Source: Massalongia carnosa
Lineage: Eukaryota
Assembly (NCBI GenBank): GCA_965645245.1
Contig: OZ287067.1
Coordinates: 3,534,001-3,598,000 of the forward strand
DNA: 64,000 bases
Direction of reading: 5' to 3'
Shown: positions 50,036 through 60,124 of the stretch, in pieces
How positions within the stretch are numbered: position 1 is the first letter of the stretch
Layout of the letters: every line of letters starts with the position of its first letter
Position numbers and translations under genes: made by a program
Notes under the pieces: generated by a model
Databases searched by the model: none
Seen by the model: only the letters and a program-made list of their open reading frames with translations
What the model was told of the DNA's origin: nothing

Positions 50036-53000
50036 TGTTGCGTCTAGGCAAGATTATACGAGTGTTGAAAGATGTTGATTAAATGAGCAAGTCTGCTCGC
50101 CTATATAAGCTTAAAATACGCTAGTCTCAATTGAGACTTTCCATAAAGGGAGCTACGACTATAGTCATAATACCATAATACCATAGCTATAACAGATGCC
50201 GATAAAAAAGCAAAAAGGTTAGCGACCTCGCTGACGCCCTCTACCCCTTCTAACGTTGCCTTCTCTGGGTAGTCCAGCTTCGTATTCGTCGACCAATTCT
50301 TTGCAGTCCTTTAAGTCCTCTAGTTTGTACCAACCGTTATGTTCATGACCATAGCCTTTCCATTTGACAAGGTATTGATTTTTACCCCTTGTTATCCTTT
50401 TATTTAGTAGCTTTTCTACCTCGTAGGCCGGATCCTGAACCTCGCCCTCTTCCTCTACAGGCGGGGGTTCTGGATTAGATAATCTACCGTATGGGTCTGG
50501 ACCGGTATGAGGTTCGAGCTGAGCTATGGATATCACTGGATGTATTTTCATTGATGGAGGTAACTCTAACCGATACGCCAGATTGCCTACCTTCTCCAGG
50601 ACTTTAAACGGACCTACTCTCTGATAGGAGAGCTTTCTATTGGAAAGACCCGGAATAGTGTATCCATGATGAAGTTTAAGAAAGGCCTTGTCTCCTATTG
50701 CTATTGGTTTGTGTGACTTGTCGTATCTAATTTTCGACATGGCTGAGGCGAAGGCCATGGCGGAATCAGCTTCCTCTCTTTTGATCATACGTAGTCTGCC
50801 GAAGTCTTCTGCTGGGAGGTCTGACAGCAGACTGACAGAGTCATTGACCTTGAAACCGTAAAGCAATTCATTTGGAGCGAAGCCGGTTGAAACATTAACG
50901 GCATTATTCATACTGGTTTGAATGAAGGGTAATATACTGACCCAGTCATTGGTTTCTCCAGTAGTAAGATGATAGCGTAGGGCAATCTCAATCGTCTGAT
51001 TAGTGCGCTCCGATTGCCCATCGGTCTGCGGGTGATAGGCGGTGGAGGTAAGCATGGCTACTTTTAGCTTGGAGAATATTGTTTTCCAGAAGGATGACAT
51101 GAACTTGGCATCTCTGTCACTGATGATTGCGCGTGGGATTCCCCAATCATGTTGTAAGAGCGCCACTATGACTATGTTGGCCCATTGGACTGCGTCATAA
51201 GTGGTCTTTCCTTGTAGCAATAGCACCTTTTTTGAGAACTTATCAGTGATGGTGAGAAGACTGTCATACCAGTCTGGAGGCGTCCCTGGTAATGCCACTA
51301 TGAAATCCATTGCTATGGTGTGGAAGGGCATAGCCGGAGTGACAATGGGATTGAGTTCTCCATATGGTGCGTGCCTCTTGGTTTGGTTCAACTGACATTC
51401 CGGACAATGCGCTATGTACGTTCTCAACCTTTTATTGAGGTGACGTATGTAGATCGAGTTAACTATCCGATCATAGGTTCTATGAAAGCCACCATGACTG
51501 GTCCTGTCATGAGCTTGCCTGAAGATCTCCTCCTCTAGGGAAGCGGGTATACATAATCGCTCTCGCCCATCGTCGGCTGATACGTAGTATAATAATCCAT
51601 TTCTATAGCGAAAGCGAATTCCAATGCGGGAGCCTTCTGGTGGGGTGGAATTGTCGTTCGTCAATTCGGTTGCCTCGCCTTCGTTGATTGAGGACAGGTC
51701 GCTCTCCTTTGGTTTTATTAGGTTTAAAATCTTTTCCCAATATTCGTCATCATCGTATGCTTTTTTGAGCCTATTTTTGAACTCATCCGCCCTTTCTACC
51801 AGTGTGACGTGATAGGCTACGGGAGCTAGGTCTGGTAGTAGGGAACTTAGCTCATGCTGAGCCAAGTTAACCGGGCATCCATACAAGGCTTCCAGTTCGC
51901 CTATCTTTTCAGCTGTAGATACGTCTGCTTGAAGGCGTGATAGGGCATCCGGGACGATGTTGGTTTTACCAGATTTGTGACGCAGAGTAAGATTGAATCC
52001 AGACAAGTACTGTGACGCCCGAACGAGTCTTAAGTTAAGCTTATCAGTGCTCGATGTAGTCATACTGGTTTGACGGGAGATGGGAATAGCGGCCGAGTGA
52101 TCAGTGTATATGATGGTAGGTGGGCATTCTGTCGATTCTATCATGTGCCTGATTTTTCGTACAACCCATACTATGCCGGCAATCTCTAGTTCAGTCGGCC
52201 AGTAGTTCTTCTCGGCGGAGTTGAGGCACCTGCTAAGAAACATAATCGGTTCAATGTCAGCTTGGGCGGGATAAGCACTTGGAATGATGAGAATATCGCC
52301 TTTGACATGATAGATTATAGCGGCGAATCCCCAGGATTTCGAGGCATCTAGGTCCACATAAAGACGGCGTTTGGGGCTGAAATGAACCAGAAATCTAGGA
52401 GACCTGAACGCGTCTTGCAAGTCCTTGAAGGCTAGCACTTCCTCTGTGGTCGGGTCGTAGAAGAATACTCGAATAGAGTGCCGTTTACGGGCAGGACCCT
52501 TGGAACTGACCGGGAGCGTACGTGTTAGCGCGGTTTTTCGTTCATGAAGAGGATTTGCTCTTTGAGCGTATCGCGGGATAGACGTCCGCAACCACCCGGT
52601 GAGTCCAAGGAATATTTCTAAGTCTCGTAGATTGATTGGGAACAACAGAGACGTAATAGCGGCTATTTTTTCTTCTGATGTTGACATTCCCAAGGAGTCC
52701 ACGCGCTGACCGAGTAGTATGACGGATGGATAACCCAGAAATGACTTGGAAGGTGCTAGACTGACTCGTTTGAGTCGAAACGTGTCAAACAGCTGTCGTA
52801 AATGAGCTACGTGCTCTTTCAGAGTGCTGCTGAATATAATGATGTCGTCCATAAAAGCTCTAGCGAATTTACGGTACGGCCGTAGCAGCCTGTCAGTTTG
52901 TCGTTGAACATAGGGTGGAGTTCCTTTATATCCCATTAAGGCTACTCCGAATTCCTCTTGTCCCCTATGACTAACAACGGTAAGTTTGTGCCGATCCTTG

Positions 53001-56000
53001 TGTTGAACACTAAACTGGTAGAACCAGCCCACTGCGTCCACCGTACTGATATAAGGATAACCGGAGACCGCTGCGATGATATCGCTTTGTAAAGGCAAGG
53101 GATAGCTATCTATTTCCGTAATGTCATTTAGTCCTCTGATATCTATGACTACTCTACCCTTTCGTCCACTTGGAGTATCCTTCCACACTACGAAGCATGG
53201 ATAGCTGAACGTTGTAGGTTGAGTGGTGAACTTAAGTTTTCCCTGTTCCTGAAGCTTATCAAAAGTTGTGTCGATACATTCTTTATCTCTTTGTCCTACC
53301 GGGTACACCTTCGCGGGCGGTTTTGGTACGACACCTGATTTCAGGTTGATGGGCATCCATTCTTCCTCCGGAATGTCCACGGTCGTACCCTGATCGATGA
53401 ACACATCTTGGTATTCGGTGACAAGGTCAGAGAGCGGTTGATTCATACCGATATGGCCATAAACGGTAACTCCGTTAAATAGCTTCATCTCCATATCGGG
53501 AGCTATAACTGAGGTGGGTTTTATCGAAGTGGTGGTATCAACACCGATTGTGCCACTAGATGATACGGATGTGGCATAAGCCGTAGCCATTAAGGCCGCT
53601 CCCTTTGTGATTAATGATCTTATAGATCTTCCAGTCTTCCATCCTGACGTAGCTAGATGGGCTTCCGCTGGTAATGTCATGTAGCATCCATGGTGCGTGT
53701 ATTCTACCACTGATCCTAGGCGAGCTCTCTTCGGAAGAACCACCGGAGTGCTGGTAGCGTTATGAATGTTTACCCATGATAGGTCAGTGTCTACTATGTG
53801 GGCGAAAACGCCTCCCTCATGCCCCAAGTCATGACTGGCTGCAAGCTGTGGTTCGAAGAGAAAATCTCTGTCATCTGGTAACTGTCCATTGAAAGTGACT
53901 GGTACGCGCATGGTCGTTCCAGGAAGAACAGTGAAGGCATTCTTAGATCGGATCGTGCGCTTGATGTGTGGAGCAACACGGGCACGACTGTTGATGGGTA
54001 TCTTGATGCCCTTGCAACTATCGATCGTCATGATCTGCTTCCCTAAGTCTAAGGTCATACCTTGAGGCGTCATGACGTCGTTTCCTATGAGTAGATTGAC
54101 TTTCAGGTCATCTACTATGTGGACCTCGATGATTATTACGCCGGTAGCAGGACCATCCTTGGAGATTCCATCAAGATTTACCTGTACAAGAGCTACTTCA
54201 TCTGTTCTTACCTCGCCTTTACCTACTCCACGAATAGGAACCGGAGATGCCATTCTAGTGATGACGAGATCCGGAACATGCTTCTGTAGATAAGCACGAT
54301 CTCCCATAGTAACCGAAGTTCCGGAATCCAAGCATATTTCTGACATCAGAGCGGAGCTTCCATAGGATACTTGAGCGGTAGCATAGTGATAACCTCGAAA
54401 GGCATATCCAACACCCTTGGTTTTATCAGGGCTGATAGTTGACATTATTTTCTGTCTAAGATCGGTAGAGGAGGGTGATGTTTTTACGACCGCTAAGTTA
54501 GGTGAAAGCTTATCCTTGGCGACTGTAGTCATCATGCTGACTGTAGTCAGCGTATCCTCCGTTTGAGACCAGCAGTCCTTTCGTAGATGGCGAAATAGTT
54601 TATTCCTTGATGAGAAGGAGGCCGCACATCTTGTGCAGAGAAAAATACTTGGTTCGACCGGAACAACAAAATTTGATGTTTCCTCATACTGGTATGGGTA
54701 CTCTTCTTCCGAAAACTCCTGCTCGTTCCGTTCTTCTGCAAAGTGTGTTCCTAGCTCTTTCTCGTAGTTCCCGTAATCATCCTCGAGCTCCTCTGAGACC
54801 GAAGTCTGATATGCCTTCTGTTGAGGTCTTACGTGGTCAGACCAAGTACCACGATTAGACCCTGGTTGCTGCTGCGGGTTCGTCATGGGACGAAGAGGTT
54901 GTCTAGGACCTCCGGGTGCGTTTGAAGGTACGTCCGCGATCTGAGGACGTTGGAACTGATTGGAGGGTACAGAAGCTGGGGCTCTTGCGTTTACGTTGGA
55001 TAGGTTGTTCTGATAGCGAGGATCTTGTCGTGTCTGTTGTGAATATCCGTTGTGTTGGAAGCCACCATTGGGTGTACCCAGATATCTTTTGTCGAAGTAT
55101 CCCTGTAATTGCTGAGGCATGTAAGTCTGACCAGTTTGCGGAATACGATAAGATTCTCTATAAGGAAACTGATGCTGATCCTGAAAAAGCGACTTGTTCT
55201 GTTGAAAAGGCACTTGAAAAGGCCGTTGAAATGAACGAGAAAGAGACTGAGAAGGTCCTCCTCTTGTTTCGAACTTACTAGGTTGAATACGAGTGACCGG
55301 ATGAGAGCGAGGTGCCTTGGCCCGAGCCCACCAGTCATGCTTACACTCATCCATGTCCTGAAGAAATTCGCTCAAGGTAGTGCCTTCCTTAGGCCTACGA
55401 AGGTCGCTTTGTCGCACCTCATTGTCTATACCGTTATAGATAATGTCCAACTGATTCTGCACACTGGTCATACCAGCATCCTTCGCAGATCGAAGCATCT
55501 TTTGGGCATACTCGCGTGGTTCCCGTCGATTAGCCGCGTCACGAATGGTGTACTTCTCATGTAAGATGGCATCCATAGCTATGTTGGATGGCTGCTGGAA
55601 CCTCCGTAAGAGTAACCTCTCCCATTGGCCTATCGATGTGTCTCGGCTGCCTGCTAGCTTGGTCATCTCCCGCTTATCGTCATCCAACTCACTGTGCCAC
55701 CACTCCAATGCTTCGCCCTGTAAACACATCCACAGATTATTTCTCACTACGGCAGCACCCTTGGTGATGGCCATTTCCTTAGCCCTCTGGACAAAGAGAT
55801 GAACGTCTCGGAAGTAAGTCTTGGTACCGTCATGTTCTATAGCGTTCCCGGTGCTGATAGACTTTTCATCGTAATTGGGATCAAAAAACCCTAACTCGGA
55901 AGATACCCAACGTGATTCTCCCCGAGGAGCACCAGCAATGGATCCTCCGTCCTCTGTGGACACACCAGGGTCAGGTGGGGAAGTTTTGGCAGCGGCAACG

Positions 56001-56887
56001 GCATATTTGGCTAGGGCATCTTCGACTGCCTTGTTGACCAAGGCTTCGATGTGAGCTTGGGATACAGTGGCTGCACTAGCGCTGGACCCGGCCATCTCTC
56101 TTGGTTCGATGGGTTGAGGAGTAGTGCTAGGGGGACGGTTAGTATTGTCGCGTTCCGCGAATGGCTGATAGGTTGGATGCTGTCTATGAGGCTTAGTTCT
56201 TATTCGATAGTCCTCGAAGACCGCTGTCCGGATGTCTTTTTCAGACCAGTTTGAAGGGTACGAGATAGTCTGAGAGCGTGTAACTGAACGGGTTCTGGCG
56301 CCAGAGCTTTCCGAGATCTCCCGTAAGCCTTCTGGTCGAGGAGAGACTGTAACCAGGTACTTGACAAAGCTTGCTATGCGAAGAGGTAGTTCCAAGGTCA
56401 AGCTGGGATGGTCCGCCAACAGGTCGTGGATCTGAAAGGTCAGAACGAGAAGATCCTCTTCCACGGGGATGGGGATGGAAGATGGAGCCAGGGTGATGGC
56501 TGTTCCAGTCAATGTACTGGTGGACAGGCACAGTAACACGGATGAAAGATAAGGTGAAAGATGTGCAGGATAGTAAGGTCGGATGTGAATGTCTGCTAAG
56601 GCAGACCGAGCTTGGTTGAGTTCCTCAGCAAACAACTGGTGCCGGAGGACTGGCGATAGCTGAAGACGTATCAATTGGTGTCTAGAAGCTATCGTACTGG
56701 AATCAAGAAATCAAAACAGTGCTACCATTGTTGCGTCTAGGCAAGATTATACGAGTGTTGAAAGATGTTGATTAAATGAGCAAGTCTGCTCGCCTATATA
56801 AGCTTAAAATACGCTAGTCTCAATTGAGACTTCCCATAAAGGGAGCTACGACTATAGTCATAATACCATAATACCATAGCTATAACA
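50036..56887 (-). mobile_element. Intact Ty3/Gypsy element with a single gag-pol ORF
   Basis: 159-bp LTRs (50036-50194, 56729-56887, one mismatch), TSD ACTAG, and tRNA-type PBS TGGTAGCAC next to the 5' LTR. Confidence 0.97.
50219..56674 (-). CDS. Gag-Pol polyprotein (gag, C2H2-like finger, protease, dUTPase-like segment, RT, RNase H, integrase, chromodomain); start codon uncertain
   Basis: Uninterrupted 2151-codon ORF with CLDSGT, FMDD, DLDASK, HxxxxH..CPEC, ISDRD, DGQSE, YEVEKLL..YLVKWKGY. Confidence 0.95.
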   Translation of the reverse strand: MIRLQLSPVLRHQLFAEELNQARSALADIHIRPYYPAHLSPYLSSVLLCLSTSTLTGTAITLAPSSIPIPVEEDLLVLTFQIHDLLADHPSLTLELPLRIASFVKYLVTVSPRPEGLREISESSGARTRSVTRSQTISYPSNWSEKDIRTAVFEDYRIRTKPHRQHPTYQPFAERDNTNRPPSTTPQPIEPREMAGSSASAATVSQAHIEALVNKAVEDALAKYAVAAAKTSPPDPGVSTEDGGSIAGAPRGESRWVSSELGFFDPNYDEKSISTGNAIEHDGTKTYFRDVHLFVQRAKEMAITKGAAVVRNNLWMCLQGEALEWWHSELDDDKREMTKLAGSRDTSIGQWERLLLRRFQQPSNIAMDAILHEKYTIRDAANRREPREYAQKMLRSAKDAGMTSVQNQLDIIYNGIDNEVRQSDLRRPKEGTTLSEFLQDMDECKHDWWARAKAPRSHPVTRIQPSKFETRGGPSQSLSRSFQRPFQVPFQQNKSLFQDQHQFPYRESYRIPQTGQTYMPQQLQGYFDKRYLGTPNGGFQHNGYSQQTRQDPRYQNNLSNVNARAPASVPSNQFQRPQIADVPSNAPGGPRQPLRPMTNPQQQPGSNRGTWSDHVRPQQKAYQTSVSEELEDDYGNYEKELGTHFAEERNEQEFSEEEYPYQYEETSNFVVPVEPSIFLCTRCAASFSSRNKLFRHLRKDCWSQTEDTLTTVSMMTTVAKDKLSPNLAVVKTSPSSTDLRQKIMSTISPDKTKGVGYAFRGYHYATAQVSYGSSALMSEICLDSGTSVTMGDRAYLQKHVPDLVITRMASPVPIRGVGKGEVRTDEVALVQVNLDGISKDGPATGVIIIEVHIVDDLKVNLLIGNDVMTPQGMTLDLGKQIMTIDSCKGIKIPINSRARVAPHIKRTIRSKNAFTVLPGTTMRVPVTFNGQLPDDRDFLFEPQLAASHDLGHEGGVFAHIVDTDLSWVNIHNATSTPVVLPKRARLGSVVEYTHHGCYMTLPAEAHLATSGWKTGRSIRSLITKGAALMATAYATSVSSSGTIGVDTTTSIKPTSVIAPDMEMKLFNGVTVYGHIGMNQPLSDLVTEYQDVFIDQGTTVDIPEEEWMPINLKSGVVPKPPAKVYPVGQRDKECIDTTFDKLQEQGKLKFTTQPTTFSYPCFVVWKDTPSGRKGRVVIDIRGLNDITEIDSYPLPLQSDIIAAVSGYPYISTVDAVGWFYQFSVQHKDRHKLTVVSHRGQEEFGVALMGYKGTPPYVQRQTDRLLRPYRKFARAFMDDIIIFSSTLKEHVAHLRQLFDTFRLKRVSLAPSKSFLGYPSVILLGQRVDSLGMSTSEEKIAAITSLLFPINLRDLEIFLGLTGWLRTSIPRYAQRANPLHERKTALTRTLPVSSKGPARKRHSIRVFFYDPTTEEVLAFKDLQDAFRSPRFLVHFSPKRRLYVDLDASKSWGFAAIIYHVKGDILIIPSAYPAQADIEPIMFLSRCLNSAEKNYWPTELEIAGIVWVVRKIRHMIESTECPPTIIYTDHSAAIPISRQTSMTTSSTDKLNLRLVRASQYLSGFNLTLRHKSGKTNIVPDALSRLQADVSTAEKIGELEALYGCPVNLAQHELSSLLPDLAPVAYHVTLVERADEFKNRLKKAYDDDEYWEKILNLIKPKESDLSSINEGEATELTNDNSTPPEGSRIGIRFRYRNGLLYYVSADDGRERLCIPASLEEEIFRQAHDRTSHGGFHRTYDRIVNSIYIRHLNKRLRTYIAHCPECQLNQTKRHAPYGELNPIVTPAMPFHTIAMDFIVALPGTPPDWYDSLLTITDKFSKKVLLLQGKTTYDAVQWANIVIVALLQHDWGIPRAIISDRDAKFMSSFWKTIFSKLKVAMLTSTAYHPQTDGQSERTNQTIEIALRYHLTTGETNDWVSILPFIQTSMNNAVNVSTGFAPNELLYGFKVNDSVSLLSDLPAEDFGRLRMIKREEADSAMAFASAMSKIRYDKSHKPIAIGDKAFLKLHHGYTIPGLSNRKLSYQRVGPFKVLEKVGNLAYRLELPPSMKIHPVISIAQLEPHTGPDPYGRLSNPEPPPVEEEGEVQDPAYEVEKLLNKRITRGKNQYLVKWKGYGHEHNGWYKLEDLKDCKELVDEYEAGLPREGNVRRGRGRQRGR

Positions 56888-57398
56888 ACTAGCCTCCTCT
56901 TTATCATCCAAGTAAGCATATTTGGAACTAAGAATCTCGCTGATAGATGCACTCCAAGGCACATAATTTATACTCTCTTTTCCACCACATGCGACAGTCG
57001 TTCTGAGTCACTTTATCCTTTGAATCATCATTGTACCAGTCCCGAAGAGCTTTTCGCTGAATATTCATGATTCCATGACGGGTTTTTTTCGTGGGGGGAA
57101 GATTGACAAAGACATGGAGGCAGGCCATTCTCGAGACATATTTACAGCAGAATCGTAGCAAATATATGATAGTTTTACCACCTCGCTATAACGAACGTCA
57201 CCAAAAATATGAAAATAAATTTCGTTATATCGTAATGGAGGGGTTTTTCGTTATAGCGAGGTTTTTACCATATAACTACAAAAAATGTGAAAAATAATTT
57301 CGTTATGCCGAGGTTTTCGTTATACGGAACTTCCCTATAGCGGGGTTCGACTGTAGTGCTAAATTTGAAGCACGACCCCTCTGTAGTATTGCGCCAGC

Positions 57399-58665
57399 AT
57401 GGCCGAACCGTACGGATTAGGCGAACCCCTCTTTGATTCTCCAGAGGCGAATATAGAGTACGCACCAGATGTCATTTCTCGTCCGGGTTGCTTTGTACTG
57501 ACCAAACAGTATTGTCTTCGTCCACGGGCTCGGCGGCGACAGAGTGAAAACTTGGACATGGGAGGGTCGAGATATATCGCTGTTGTGGCCGCAAGATCTC
57601 TTACCTCAAGCCTGCCCAACAGCTCGCATCCTTTCTTTTGGGTACAATGCAGACTTTGCTCACTTCTATCCGTTTGTTGGACCGAAATTCATCCCGGAGC
57701 ATTTGACTATTGATGATCACGCGACTGCAATGTTCCAGAGCCTAATCGGTCTTCGCGAGAAAACCAAAACTGTAGGAATCGGCGCACCCCTACCCTTTCC
57801 ACCAGAAATATGCTAATAGGATGTCTATGTCCAGGCTGAACGGCCGATTATTTTCGTCTCGCACAGCCTAGGGGGTCTCGTGTGCGCCAATGCGTTGTCA
57901 AGGCACAATGGTACCGACATTGCTAGCACTTCCCTCGTAGAGAGAACGATTGGAGTCGTCTTCCTTGGAACGCCCTTTGAGGGATCGTCAAAAGCAAAAT
58001 GGGGAAGCAGGGCTCTACAGATACTGGGTTGGATAAGCACCACGCATAAGCAGGATACAAAGGATCTTGAAGAGCGTTCGGCAAAGCTCATCAGCGTTAA
58101 CGAGGCCTTTCAGAAATTTCTGAAAGCACGGGATCGTTCAGAATCAAGAGAGTTTGTAGAAGTAGCTTGCTTCTTTGAACAGTATGCTATGTACAAGGGA
58201 GGGACGAAGATGGGATTTATCGTGCCCAAGGAATCGGCTTGCCTGCCTGGTATCGATCCACAGTCGATCCACGCGAATCATGTTGATATGTGCAAGTTTG
58301 AGGATGAAGACCGAGAGGGATACAAGAGAATTTCACAAAAGTTGGTTCAATGGATATCGGATCTTGATAGTCGATCCAAGGGGTCTGGAGAGGATCGCCA
58401 GGTCTGACATCTCTTTCGCACGCTTGAAATCAGCTGAAACCCAACAGAAACATTCGGTTCGTATGGGCGATGTTAACTTTAGGGACAAAATCGATAACAA
58501 TCGAGGTGTGATTATGGGTCATGCAAATAGTACGGCCACAGAAGGGGTTAAGATAACTGGGACTAGTATCACTGTAAGGATCACCTATCCTTTCGATAGC
58601 GATGTACAAGCTGACAGAACACAAAGAATACTTATCATGGCATTAACCCAAAAGGGTCTGTGTAG
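57399..58665 (+). CDS. SesB-like alpha/beta-hydrolase (putative lipase) with C-terminal amyloid-like motif; 5 exons, ~350 aa
   Basis: Exons 57399-57457, 57510-57771, 57835-58401, 58448-58573, 58627-58665, all in frame. Motifs DIVFVHGLGGD..TW, WPQDLLP, ARILSFGYNA, IIFVSHSLGG, FLGTPFEGS, ANHVDMCKF. Confidence 0.88.
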
Positions 58666-59258
58666 ACCGAGGGATAGGCAATGGCGGAACTACTAGTCAA
58701 CATTGCGGAGTCATTCTAGGACATTATTCAAGAACATGAAATAATCAATTGACTTTTTGACGTCTTTCAAAACAATGTTTTTTTGCGCAGTCATCAGCTT
58801 CGGGTGAAGGTTGACTCCTTGTGAGACGTGAAGAGTGCGTACAGCAATAGTAGCAGACTTCAAATATGCCGCAGCTAAAGGGTGCCTCTTAGAAGAGAAT
58901 GCTTATCCAGCTTATGTCCAATCTGAATCCTGCCCTTACTTCCGTAAGCACTTCCGAACAAAATCCTAACAGGATCTTGAATCATTGAATGAATAAGCTT
59001 CTTACTTCATAGAGCTACGTAGATGCAATGACGGAGATTTGCAAAGACGTGTACAATCAGTGGTAACGCCTGTCGAGTACGCTGAAATTGAAATGCGATT
59101 GAGCATCATAATCGACGACAAAGCTGAAGATGAGACGAACAACTACAATACATCAAGTCCTGACGACTATTCCTATCATCATCATTATGTCAGGTCGGTA
59201 TGTTGACCGTATTGAGGTTCTGCCTTAAGATTCCAAAGCGTTTGAGCAAGGACTGAGG

Positions 59259-59573
59259 TTAACGGGAAAAAAGCGCGCGATAGTGTTCATAGACGAAGCT
59301 GCCATTTCGGACATGTCTGAAAAGCGTAGATAACTCAGAAGCTAGATCTCCCTTTCCAGTCTTTGAATGAAGAGTAAGGGCTACGTCTGAACCCTGCAAA
59401 GCGTACAGAAGCCTTGACGTTGCCTTATGAAGTCCTTGGTTGGAGCCAACAGCTCCATCGTAAGAGATCACACCTGGCTTATAAGACTGCTCCGCCTTCC
59501 GAAGTGCATCTAGGGAGTGATCCAAAGGATGCTCCAGGATTATGGTGCGATCTTCTTACGAAAGGTTAACCAT
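59259..59573 (-). pseudogene. Gene remnant resembling the N-terminus of fungal-type (FunK1-associated) kinase proteins
   Basis: EDRTIILEHPLDHSLDALRKAEQ...ASELSTLFRHVRNGSFVYEHYR resembles that family from memory. It has an early stop and no kinase domain in view. Confidence 0.4.
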
Positions 59574-60124
59574 CTCGACACAGGTAGCGCCGGCCCGAGT
59601 CGAATCGTGAATCTGCTGTCTCACTGCAAGAATCTAGCAGAAACAGGCCAGAAGAGGTCTCATTCAATTCGTGTTGGTCTCATCGCAAAATAGGCGGCAC
59701 AGTTTTGCAATATCCCAAGAGGTGGTTTGCCTTGAAAGTAAAAGTACTGGCTGTGCGAATGTGGGGGCCGGAAAACAGAAAGCGCGTTAGAATTTTCCGA
59801 GTGACTGGTGGAACCAGCCGAGGCTTACTTTTGCCAAGACAGTCAGTCAGTACGGTGGTGCGGAAGACCTGGTTTAACCACGAGGCATATCGACTGAAAA
59901 GAAGAGAAAGAAGAATATAATGCTGGTTTGAAATAAGAGAGGGTTGCAGAAGAACTGGTAAAATGTTAGGATGAGAGTAGCCCAGCGTTGCCTCAGTACC
60001 TCAGACGTGCCCGGCTAAGCCCCTTCGGGTTAGCCTTACAGAACGTTAAGCCCCTTCGGGTTAACAGGCTGACTACGCAGCACAATCGCAGCTTATGTAA
60101 CTGCATCCTGCTTTCTCACACTCA

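Larger units (their letters stand above)
48691..57353 (-). mobile_element. pogo/Tigger-like (CENP-B HTH + DDE_1) transposon, internally deleted, hosting a Gypsy element
   Basis: TIR CAGTCGAACCCC / GGGGTTCGACTG with TA TSD and subterminal TTCGTTATA repeats. Motifs LEDALFEW, WLDRFKRRRGL, YNMDETGLFWK. Confidence 0.9.

Noticed and set aside
58700..59250. Third cluster member (SesA/HeLo-like effector)
   Set aside because: No open frame or motif copy found.
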